From a virus (taxonomy: Duplodnaviria > Caudoviricetes), in IMG/VR virus record IMGVR_UViG_3300030095_005808, positions 1 to 27,897 of that record: 27,897 nucleotides of DNA; one strand, given 5' to 3'. The notes under the pieces were generated by a model. The model saw only the letters and a program-made list of their open reading frames with translations. It did no database searches and was not told the origin of the DNA. This document shows positions 1 through 9,274 of this stretch, piece after piece (within the stretch, counting starts at the first letter, position 1; the number at the start of each line of letters is the position of its first letter). The position numbers and the translations under genes are program-made.

Positions 1-20
1 TATTTAGGGATGTATTTATG
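1..20 (-). promoter_or_regulatory. Two T4-late-promoter-like boxes (CATAAATA at 13-20, CCTAAATA at 1-8) for the next gene outside the window
   Basis: The minus strand reads ...GGCATAAATACATCCCTAAATA at the end of the 66-aa ORF. Both boxes resemble the NATAAATA/CTAAATA late-promoter variants of T4-like cyanophages. Confidence 0.55.
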
Positions 21-216
21 CCAAACGATTAAGAATTTCTTTTAAGGCACCTTTAATATCTTCAATGTCTTGTTTCATTTCATCCAACTCTTTTTGTTTT
101 TTCTTTTTAGAATTAACAGAATTTAAATAGTTGTTATATCCATCATCATCATAATTAATAATAGCACCGGTTTGTTCATCCCTGTATAAATGAGAATGTC
201 CTTCTACTCTAATCAT
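16..216 (-). CDS. Small conserved cyanophage protein with a C-terminal coiled coil, located after the VrlC-like gene
   Basis: 66-aa ORF starting 3 nt after the VrlC stop. It has an N-terminal VEGHSHLYRD..TGAIIN motif and a heptad-like tail (ELDEMKQDIEDIKGALKEIL). Confidence 0.8.
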   Translation of the reverse strand: MIRVEGHSHLYRDEQTGAIINYDDDGYNNYLNSVNSKKKKQKELDEMKQDIEDIKGALKEILNRLA

Positions 217-219
217 ATT

Positions 220-3200
220 TTATGCAAGAGCAATTGTTCTTAAGTCTTTTATTCTTGGATAATATGCCTGATTAGTTCCACTTAAAATAATTTTTATAGA
301 ATATCCGACAAATGAATCCAAATTATTTGCAGTAAAACGATATTCGCTATATTGTCCAACGGAATTTGGTGGTACGAAGAAATCTGGTCTTCCATCATTT
401 TTAGATTCGTCCTGAACAATCAAATTATTATTACCATCTTTTACCAAATTTTTATATCCAGGGAATAAATCATAAGATTGAGAAGTACCACTAGAATCTT
501 CTCTAAAAAGTCTGTACAATACTCTAATATCAGAAGATTCGTGACGATATGCTCCTAAGAAAACTTTTAGTGCTGTAGAAGGTTGTCTCAACCTAACAAT
601 TTGAGAAACGTAAACTGAACTATGAGGATCTTCTCCTCTTAAAGATCTAATCCTACTATCAGAAGAATATTCCTCAGCACCAATTGGATTATTAAGTCTA
701 TTACTAATAAATTCCGTTGAACCATTCAAATAAATTATTGGTGATAAATCTTCAGTCTCCGATGAAAGAATTAAATTAGTTGTAAATGATTTATTTCTTG
801 GGAGATTACTTAAATACGTATCTTCATTTACTTTTGAAGATACTATTCTGGCACTATCAAGTGCATTATAAGCATTTATTTGAACATCCTGGTATCCATT
901 ATCAACAAAAGAAGATTCATTACCATCAACACTGGTTCCGGTAACAGTTCTAATTGAAGCTGATATGTCCGTTCCTCCATCCACCCCAACAGGTGTCAAA
1001 ACATCATAGTTAGGGATGACCGCAGTATATAATATATTTTCAGTTGCTCGAATATTAGAACCTCCTGTAAAATCTTCTGATGTGAACGAAATTTGATTTT
1101 TAGGAGAAACATCAGAACTTCTATCGATACCGTTAGCAGTCCTATCTATTAAAACATAATATCCATCATCCTGAATATCTGGATGTAAACTGAGATTAAC
1201 ATCATTAATTCTTCTTAATGAAATTCCACTAAGTTCATATTTTCTAATTGATGCTCCAGAATTGTGAGGAAGCGCAATAGTTTCTTCCAATCCTCTTTCT
1301 GCAACTGTAATACTATCTGTAGTAACATCAGTATATTTTATAATTTCATTTTCGATAATTGCATATCCGGGATCAGTAGCCGATACTGCGATGCCTTCAA
1401 ACTTAGCAAATACAGTTGTATCTGCAACACCAACAAATGATGTTGTAGTATCTGTCATATTTACTGTAATAGTAGTTGGAAGAGTATTTGGTTCAACATT
1501 ATACAATTTAACTTTATTTGTGGAAGAATACATTCCATGATTAAAGTGATTTACCTTTATGTAATTACCAGAATTAAAATTACTACTAAAAGACTTGGAA
1601 GTAACATTTACATCAGTTCCATCATTAGATGTTGTTACTACTCCACTATCATTATAATATTTTAATGCAGTAGTGGTGGTAAAATCTTCCTCACCTTGAA
1701 TATTAGTCAAAAATAACTTATCAATGCCATTGATTGTTGAAATTGTTATTCTTGCATCCCTTCCTTTAGAATCAGATGTAGTTGAAGTAACAATTCCAAC
1801 AACATCACCTACCCTATATCCAGTTCCACCATCATTTCCAGAAGCAAGTGATATCCCAGTAATACTTCCACCATTAACAGAACTAATATTTAATTTTAGT
1901 CCACTTCCATTTCCAACAATTGCAAATGTATCCACTGAAGAGTTAGTTGTATAGTTTATTCCCCCGTCAGTGACATTAACAGAAGTAGTTGTTCCACCCG
2001 CTCCAGTAATTATTGCAGTTGCAATAGAATTTTCACCTGTTATTTTTCTACCTGCGGTAAGTATTCCTACTAATGTGGCATCTGTTGTTGTTCTAATACC
2101 AATTTCGCCAGTTTTTGGTAAAGTAGTTAATGGGTTATCACTTAATGTTCTTACATATCCATTACTTTCATCCAATTCTGGATTAGTCATTAATACAGAA
2201 CCATTTAATGATGTGAATTTTGCTTTATATAATTTGAAAGTAAGATCTTGTCTTTGATTTTCCGTCCATAAACCACCATTTTGTGACCTAAAGAATGAAC
2301 CCAATGCATATTGAGTCGTATATTGTGCTTGTTCATCAGCTCCAGGTTCAACATTTACAACTCTATCTCCTTGTGATGCTAACCATACAGTATAGTTTAT
2401 TGATTTTTCTGCAATGAGAACAATAGCATATGATCCACCAGGAGCCAGATAAACAGGTTCATCAAATACAAATTTAGTTCCTACACTAGCATCTGTTGAT
2501 GTTAAAATATTATCTACTATAACATCATCTCTTACAATTCTAGGTCTTAGTTCTTTTTCTGCTAAAGCAAATCTAGAAGGTCTATCATCACCCGTAAGAG
2601 TTCTTATCTGACATTTTACTGGATGTTCAGTATCTATAGTTGCAAAAAATACTTCTACTGCGGTAATAAATGCCCCATTTAAGTCATTATTTTGATTAAC
2701 TGCCGATGGAGATTCAACATTACCACCAACAGTAAATGTTTGTGCAACAGGATCAACATATTCAGTAACTGTAGTTTGAGTATGTTGATTTTCTGTAGAC
2801 ACTGTGGCAGTAACTCTACCTCTTACAGAAGCTCTTGCATTGATAGTGGTTGTATCTGTTCTACTAAAACTCTGCTCTTGCCATTGATCAAGTGTTCCAC
2901 CCGTAACATAACTTGCTTCAGCTCTGATAACACTAAAATCTGCTCCTGGTAAAGGTTTTCTATTTGTTTCACTTGTTGTTAAAACAAAATCTTTTGGTCC
3001 TGTAGTAATTCTAATGTCAGGAGTAGGAAAAGAATATGGATTTTCTATAAAGAATGTTCCTATAACATCACCAAATGTATCTGTAATTAATCTTGGATCT
3101 CCTTTAACATAAGATCTAGCTCCACTAGTTTGCCCAACCAATAAAGAATTTCTTTGAACATATCCAAAATATCTACCTTGAGCTTGTTCACATATTGCTC

Positions 3201-6200
3201 TCGTATCGAGGTTTAAACATGTTGTTGAAGAGCTATATCTAGACGGGAGATCAATATCTCCATGACTATATGGATCAGAAAAATAAGTTTCTGATGGTGA
3301 ATTAAAAGCACCATCTTTATGATCGGGTGTACAAATTCTAAATTTTCCTATTTCTCTATTACCAACTGCAGAATATGCTATAACTTCTTCCCCAACCTCA
3401 AACGATCCAACAGATCCTTGTACACTACCATCCCTTTCAGTCGTTATTTCTAACAACTTGGGAACGATTATAGGTCTTTGAGAATCTAATATTGCATATA
3501 CAGGCGTAAATGAAGTAAATCCAGATCCTTTAAATTGAGTATTTCTGGATCTCATAAATTCTTCATCACCCGAAGAAATTAATTGATTTCTAAACCAAGT
3601 ATCTGTATTTGAAATAGTTACAGAATCGTTATCTCTATCTCTCAATCTAATCGTATCACTAAAATCATTAGTTGTTGTGGTAGTTTCAACATCAACTCTA
3701 GTTCTAGATCCACCTCCTGTAAGAGTTTGATTTCTAGTATCTTCTGTTCTAGTTTGAATTGTACCAAGATTTAAATTCTGCCTTCCCAATCTTAATCTAA
3801 GATTAATATTTTCAGTGCTATTTGATCCAGTAACATGTATGGTTTCAGCATTTGAAAATTGCTCTGTTCTACTCCAAAAATCAACTTCTGGTGATAAAAC
3901 AACACTTCCGGAACGAGCTGGTTGTTCAAACGGGTTTACATTTTCTATTTCTGTTGCCTTTGTTTGTGTAATCCATTCTACCTCATCATAATTTAATGTT
4001 ACTGCATCTCCGGTTTTTTTAACATTAGAATCAAATAAATCAAAATTAGTATTATAATCTATATTTTCTGGTGTTAAATTTGAAGATGGTAATAACTGGA
4101 GATCAACAGTATTTCTAGTAATGAATGGTGTAATTTCATTTTGATCTGGATTCACTTCAATTGATGATTCATTTGTATTAATAAAATTATAATTATTAAA
4201 TGGATCTACAAAAAATCCAGTTTTAAATCTATCCATATCATTTTCACGGACTTGAATGCTCTTTGCATCCAATTCTAATAATGAGAGTGATGTAACTTCT
4301 TCTAAATTAGTAAGCCTAGAATCAATTTTTCCTATATCTCTCATTGTATATCTTCTATTATCTTTTTGATTTATAGAGATTGATTGTGTATTATAGAGAT
4401 ATGCAGGAATATTAATAGTGGCAATTTCCATCAAATCATCATTTTCAGAAATTGGTGATTTGGGAGATATTGAAGAAATTCCTTTTTTATAAACAAATTC
4501 TCCAAACTTGTTCAATAAAAGTTTATCAATTCTGGGGAGATAAAATTCATATCCAACTCGTAAAGATTCTTCAGGAACTAAAAATTTGGATATAGACGAA
4601 TTAAAGGTTCTTGATGTATAATGAAATGGGGAAACCGTTCCGGTTCCAACATCATAAGCAGGAACTCTAGGTCTGAAGTCAATAGTATCTGAAGCTCTTG
4701 TTAATAATTTTCCTATAGATGGAATATCGATTCCAAATCGATCTTTATCATAACTTAATACAGTAAATGCATCACCAGAATCTCCAGATGGAACAATATA
4801 ATGATCAAAAATTATAAGTAATTGTTTTGTTGGTGCAGAAGCAGATGATCTTCTAATTATTCTTGAATAATCATAATATTGTTCCTTTTGCCCCTTATCT
4901 AAAATGTATGCATTAGTTAAATCTTTATATTTTCCTAATGTTATCGTCTGAATTTGAGTAGTAATATCAGACTCTTCAAATGTTACAACATCAAAAACAT
5001 CAAATTTATTATTTGTGAAATATACCACTTCAAGAGAATCTGAATTTTCAGCTCCTGATGGTTTTCTTACAACTCTTGCAACAATTTTACCATTTTGAGA
5101 AATTATATTTTCACCTACAATGGCATTATTCTGAATATTGACGGTACTACTAAATGATAATTTATCTAAAACTGGCGCAGATGTATCTAAAGATTCAAAA
5201 ATACCTATAATTTTTACAGCATCTGGATAATTTAAAGATATCTCTTCATCTTCAACTCTTAATCCATACCTATGTAATGTATCATATGTAAGTCCATTTT
5301 GAACGGAGTTATTTTCATTACTTCCACTAGTACCAGAAGTTTCTAATCTAGATAAATTTACATTTAATATTCTACTTCTACTATATTCTTTAATCTTACT
5401 AACAATTCCTTTTTTACTTAGAGCAAGAGATATAGTGCTTTGACCATTAGTTAAATTGGAAATCGTTATTGATGTTCCATCAGAATTGCGAACAAAAGTA
5501 TCTGATGATAAACTGGAAATATCTAAATTACCAGTTGATAAAGCAACTGAATATTTTTCAACATCAAAAGATTCAAAAGTAAAATTAGATAAGTCGGAAA
5601 GATTTGAGTCTCCCGTAGTAATATCAATTGAATTAGTAGTAACATCTTTGTCAATATTTTCTACAATTTTAAACTCGGAATTTGTTAAATCTATGGAAGA
5701 TATATTTTTATTAGCAAGAGGTACAAATAATTGTCCAGAACCTCTTACAATGGGAGCACCGGCAAACATTGATACTGCTATATCAGCACCTGGTACGTTA
5801 CCATCATAAACACCAGTGACACTATCAGTAATCGCTTCCAGAGTCATTTCTAACCCATCGGTAGAAATACTGGCAACTTTATTATATGTTTCTGTATTAA
5901 ATCCTACTCTTTGATACCTAACGACAGATCCTTTTCTTAATCCAGTAAATGCTTTTCCACTAGAACGAACCGTATTACTTGAGTCAATAGTTACTTCTCT
6001 AATTCCATTTGGAATACTAAAAGTATCTAAAACAGAATCGGCAGTGCATATACCAGATTGAGTAACTGATTTGATATTTTGAGTGTTATAAACTGTGGTG
6101 AATCCAACTGTTCTTACAGGTGTATCAACACCATCAATTTCAATTTGTTCTCCCTTAGCAAAAGTACCAGAAGTTTGAGTTAAAGATATAATTGTAGAGT

Positions 6201-7683
6201 TACCGCCAGCACCTACAGCATATCCACTTGCACCACTATTTTTCCCTTTAATGTATGATCCTTCTCTTATATCAGTATCCGAACTTTCTGTATTTAATCC
6301 AACACTAGTATAAGTTTGAATATCAAATAATCTCAAATCCCATATAGATGTTGCATCTTTATATGAAGAATCTTCTAAATTAAAACTATAAACTCTAGCA
6401 CTACCTATAATATCACCAGTAGCATTGAAGTTATCAAAAAGTTGTATAACCGAACCTTGAGTCGGTATTCCCTTTACGTTATTCACTCTAAGAATATTTC
6501 CCATCTCATAACCGAGAGAAACATCACTACGAATTCCAACTTCTCTTGGTTTTTCAATATCTAAGACTGTCGTTCCCTTTTTAATTACATCATATCCACG
6601 AACATATGCTGTGCCATCAGATATTCTGATGGACATCAAATCATCTGATGGAGTATTTTGCTGTTCTGTAAGTTCTTGACGATAGTACAATCCACCATTA
6701 CCCAAACCATTATTCAAAGAATTATGAGTAGAAACAGAAAATGGTGTAACGGAATAACTACCAGACTCGTCAAAGGTTCTCTCCGCAATATAATCTCTTA
6801 TTTTATTATAATCGCTCCTAACTGATATCTTTTTTATTTGTCCTTTATCAATACGCATCAACTCCACAAAATCTGTGTCATCAGTATCTGTGAGTTCTTT
6901 TTTAATTAAAGTTAATTTGATTTGTAATCTATCTGCGCCTGGAGCAGCAAAATTACTAAATCCCTTAGCATTATCATATAAAGATTCATCATCCTTTGCC
7001 GAAATAATATTTTCATCAACCTTTAATCCAACTCTATATGAAGAATTATTCGTATATGGATCTAATATTATTCTTTGAGTAGTTACATCTACAAAATATC
7101 CTCGTATATAATATACTCCTTTAATAACATCGGCAGCACTTCCAACAGATGTTGCATTATTTGAAACTAAAGATGCAAATACTTCTCCTGCATTGATGGT
7201 AGTATTTCCATAAGTAACGTTTTCGGTGGAAATTATTTCTTCATTATCCAAAAATACATTTTGATTAAAATCAGTTCCATTTGCAATATATGTAACATAA
7301 ATTGTTACATCATCAACTCTACTATCATCTTCTGGTAATAAAACAAACTTGATTTTTGCAGACACTCCAGAAGTTTGTCCTGTTATAGTCTTACCGATAT
7401 AATTTTTAATATATGATGATATATCAATTCCAAAATTTGAAGATTTTAATTTTACTGAATTATATTGATTATCATATGCCACTCCTCCCGGCACTACAAT
7501 AGAACCATCTTTAAATATATTTGATCCAAAAGTTTCTATCTGATTTTGAAGCAGACTTTGGGAAGTCGTTAATTCCCTAGCTTGTACTGGGTATCCTGGT
7601 TTATATAATACCTTATAAAAATTATTCTCAGAATCGAAATCATCATAATATGGATTGATATTTAAATTAGTTTTTTGTGCCAT
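220..7683 (-). CDS. Large virion structural protein, VrlC-like / DUF4815 family (baseplate-associated)
   Basis: 2487-aa ORF. The N-terminus NLNINPYYDDFD..NFYKVLYKPGYPVQARELT..QS.LQ.Q, the internal motifs APGADRL, RTFDESGSY, RRYTMRDIG, GFFVDPF and DPVAQTF, and the C-terminal PRIKDLRTIALA are typical of this family. It lies directly after gp8. Confidence 0.85.
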   Translation of the reverse strand: MAQKTNLNINPYYDDFDSENNFYKVLYKPGYPVQARELTTSQSLLQNQIETFGSNIFKDGSIVVPGGVAYDNQYNSVKLKSSNFGIDISSYIKNYIGKTITGQTSGVSAKIKFVLLPEDDSRVDDVTIYVTYIANGTDFNQNVFLDNEEIISTENVTYGNTTINAGEVFASLVSNNATSVGSAADVIKGVYYIRGYFVDVTTQRIILDPYTNNSSYRVGLKVDENIISAKDDESLYDNAKGFSNFAAPGADRLQIKLTLIKKELTDTDDTDFVELMRIDKGQIKKISVRSDYNKIRDYIAERTFDESGSYSVTPFSVSTHNSLNNGLGNGGLYYRQELTEQQNTPSDDLMSIRISDGTAYVRGYDVIKKGTTVLDIEKPREVGIRSDVSLGYEMGNILRVNNVKGIPTQGSVIQLFDNFNATGDIIGSARVYSFNLEDSSYKDATSIWDLRLFDIQTYTSVGLNTESSDTDIREGSYIKGKNSGASGYAVGAGGNSTIISLTQTSGTFAKGEQIEIDGVDTPVRTVGFTTVYNTQNIKSVTQSGICTADSVLDTFSIPNGIREVTIDSSNTVRSSGKAFTGLRKGSVVRYQRVGFNTETYNKVASISTDGLEMTLEAITDSVTGVYDGNVPGADIAVSMFAGAPIVRGSGQLFVPLANKNISSIDLTNSEFKIVENIDKDVTTNSIDITTGDSNLSDLSNFTFESFDVEKYSVALSTGNLDISSLSSDTFVRNSDGTSITISNLTNGQSTISLALSKKGIVSKIKEYSRSRILNVNLSRLETSGTSGSNENNSVQNGLTYDTLHRYGLRVEDEEISLNYPDAVKIIGIFESLDTSAPVLDKLSFSSTVNIQNNAIVGENIISQNGKIVARVVRKPSGAENSDSLEVVYFTNNKFDVFDVVTFEESDITTQIQTITLGKYKDLTNAYILDKGQKEQYYDYSRIIRRSSASAPTKQLLIIFDHYIVPSGDSGDAFTVLSYDKDRFGIDIPSIGKLLTRASDTIDFRPRVPAYDVGTGTVSPFHYTSRTFNSSISKFLVPEESLRVGYEFYLPRIDKLLLNKFGEFVYKKGISSISPKSPISENDDLMEIATINIPAYLYNTQSISINQKDNRRYTMRDIGKIDSRLTNLEEVTSLSLLELDAKSIQVRENDMDRFKTGFFVDPFNNYNFINTNESSIEVNPDQNEITPFITRNTVDLQLLPSSNLTPENIDYNTNFDLFDSNVKKTGDAVTLNYDEVEWITQTKATEIENVNPFEQPARSGSVVLSPEVDFWSRTEQFSNAETIHVTGSNSTENINLRLRLGRQNLNLGTIQTRTEDTRNQTLTGGGSRTRVDVETTTTTNDFSDTIRLRDRDNDSVTISNTDTWFRNQLISSGDEEFMRSRNTQFKGSGFTSFTPVYAILDSQRPIIVPKLLEITTERDGSVQGSVGSFEVGEEVIAYSAVGNREIGKFRICTPDHKDGAFNSPSETYFSDPYSHGDIDLPSRYSSSTTCLNLDTRAICEQAQGRYFGYVQRNSLLVGQTSGARSYVKGDPRLITDTFGDVIGTFFIENPYSFPTPDIRITTGPKDFVLTTSETNRKPLPGADFSVIRAEASYVTGGTLDQWQEQSFSRTDTTTINARASVRGRVTATVSTENQHTQTTVTEYVDPVAQTFTVGGNVESPSAVNQNNDLNGAFITAVEVFFATIDTEHPVKCQIRTLTGDDRPSRFALAEKELRPRIVRDDVIVDNILTSTDASVGTKFVFDEPVYLAPGGSYAIVLIAEKSINYTVWLASQGDRVVNVEPGADEQAQYTTQYALGSFFRSQNGGLWTENQRQDLTFKLYKAKFTSLNGSVLMTNPELDESNGYVRTLSDNPLTTLPKTGEIGIRTTTDATLVGILTAGRKITGENSIATAIITGAGGTTTSVNVTDGGINYTTNSSVDTFAIVGNGSGLKLNISSVNGGSITGISLASGNDGGTGYRVGDVVGIVTSTTSDSKGRDARITISTINGIDKLFLTNIQGEEDFTTTTALKYYNDSGVVTTSNDGTDVNVTSKSFSSNFNSGNYIKVNHFNHGMYSSTNKVKLYNVEPNTLPTTITVNMTDTTTSFVGVADTTVFAKFEGIAVSATDPGYAIIENEIIKYTDVTTDSITVAERGLEETIALPHNSGASIRKYELSGISLRRINDVNLSLHPDIQDDGYYVLIDRTANGIDRSSDVSPKNQISFTSEDFTGGSNIRATENILYTAVIPNYDVLTPVGVDGGTDISASIRTVTGTSVDGNESSFVDNGYQDVQINAYNALDSARIVSSKVNEDTYLSNLPRNKSFTTNLILSSETEDLSPIIYLNGSTEFISNRLNNPIGAEEYSSDSRIRSLRGEDPHSSVYVSQIVRLRQPSTALKVFLGAYRHESSDIRVLYRLFREDSSGTSQSYDLFPGYKNLVKDGNNNLIVQDESKNDGRPDFFVPPNSVGQYSEYRFTANNLDSFVGYSIKIILSGTNQAYYPRIKDLRTIALA

Positions 7684-7692
7684 CTTTTTTGA

Positions 7693-9249
7693 TTAGAATT
7701 CCAGAACAATTTTTACGTCTTCTTTTTGTCTTAAGTCTCTTTTGACTGTAGTACGATTGCTAATGTAAATTATTTCTCCCGTCTTTTTATTTATCTCAGG
7801 TTCTGCAACGCCATTAGTATATGAAACACCTAAATTGACTATTTTATTATTTGATGTCGTTGTTATACCAGATAAAGTAGTATCTAAAGCTTTGACTTGA
7901 TCACCTGAAGGATATTTGAATGTGATATTTCCACCAGATGAACTAATCTTTAGTACTTTAGATAGAGAAGAAACCTCTATATTATCAGATTGATCTTGAC
8001 CATTAGCATAAAACAAAGATCTATCTTTAAAATATTTCACAATCTTTGTATCTTCGTCATATGATGCTACATATCCTCTTGCAATGTTAGAATCACTGCC
8101 TTGTGTTATTTTAACTCCAACATGAACTTTGTTGACATCCAATTCTTCAGAAATTTTAAAAGAGTCTAGTGAAGAAAATTCATTTGCTGTATGTAAATCA
8201 CTAGAAGAATTTTTTAAAGGATTTTTTAAAATTCCGACTTGAGCAAAAGAGGTATCCACAGGATAATCTTTTGTAGAATCATCAAATCTAGCATATATTA
8301 AAACTTTGTCGGCACCAAGTTCTTTATAAAGATCATATCCATGTCCTTTAGATGGAGGAATAATTGGAATTAATTTACCGAGACCACCTTGTCCTGTTTG
8401 AATTGGAGATAAATCGACAATACCATAAGTATAACCATATCCCCCAGAAACAACTTTAGTACTTGTTATCTGTCCAGATCTATCTACGGTAACACTAACT
8501 TTTGCTTCTTCTCCATCACCTAAAATATTGCAAGTTTGTGTTTGAGGACCAGAATAACTACTACCACCATCTTCTATGTAAACTTTTTTTATTTGATTTT
8601 TATTAATGTCAGAATTTCCGGCATTCCTAATATTTTTAATCTGAGCATCTGTCGATGTAGACCAATTATTTGGCAAAACCATATATTCAATCGAATCAAA
8701 TTTTATAATATCGCTGGGAGAAACGGTATACAAATATTTCCATGTGTATCCATCAGATAATGTAACTGGTTCAACATCAGTAAAATTTGGTTCAATACTA
8801 GATACTTCACCTTTTGCACTAGTTGTTCCTGATTTTCCGGTAGAACCATTATCTATACAAATATAAACTTGAAAATCACTATTAATTACATAATACTTAG
8901 ATCTATATAAATTTGAAGTGCTTGAATTGGGTGCTTCAAAATTGATATTATAATCATGACGATACATATCGTATCTTGTGTTTGTTACCCAAGTATTTTT
9001 CTTTACAACTCTCCTAATGTTAGTTGAGTTAATTTTTTTACCAAACATCATAGTATCTTTATAATGAGTTTGATAATCAAAATTATCTATGGGATTTGAA
9101 GGCCAACCAGTTGTTGTTCTTCCAAATCCAGCAGAAATTGGATTAGGTAATCCTAAAAATACATAATAAGAATTACTAGTATTTAAAACAGAATCTATAA
9201 AATTATTTGCATTATCAATTCTAAATTGATCTGTTACTACAGCGGACAT
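7693..9249 (-). CDS. gp8: Baseplate wedge subunit gp8
   Basis: 518 aa. Motifs MSAVVTDQFRI.NA..F, YYVFLG, YDMYRHDY, YYVINSDFQVYICIDN, DGYTWKYLY, GHG.D...ELGA, and the C-terminal GEIIYISNR....R...QKEDVKIVLEF. Synteny gp25-gp6-gp7-gp8 supports the call. Confidence 0.88.
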   Translation of the reverse strand: MSAVVTDQFRIDNANNFIDSVLNTSNSYYVFLGLPNPISAGFGRTTTGWPSNPIDNFDYQTHYKDTMMFGKKINSTNIRRVVKKNTWVTNTRYDMYRHDYNINFEAPNSSTSNLYRSKYYVINSDFQVYICIDNGSTGKSGTTSAKGEVSSIEPNFTDVEPVTLSDGYTWKYLYTVSPSDIIKFDSIEYMVLPNNWSTSTDAQIKNIRNAGNSDINKNQIKKVYIEDGGSSYSGPQTQTCNILGDGEEAKVSVTVDRSGQITSTKVVSGGYGYTYGIVDLSPIQTGQGGLGKLIPIIPPSKGHGYDLYKELGADKVLIYARFDDSTKDYPVDTSFAQVGILKNPLKNSSSDLHTANEFSSLDSFKISEELDVNKVHVGVKITQGSDSNIARGYVASYDEDTKIVKYFKDRSLFYANGQDQSDNIEVSSLSKVLKISSSGGNITFKYPSGDQVKALDTTLSGITTTSNNKIVNLGVSYTNGVAEPEINKKTGEIIYISNRTTVKRDLRQKEDVKIVLEF

Positions 9250-9266
9250 ATGAATAGCTTTTTAGA

Positions 9267-9274
9267 TATTTATA
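9267..9274 (-). promoter_or_regulatory. T4-type late promoter TATAAATA (gp55-dependent) upstream of gp8
   Basis: Exact TATAAATA on the minus strand. It overlaps the gp7 stop codon and ends 17 nt before the gp8 ATG. Confidence 0.8.
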
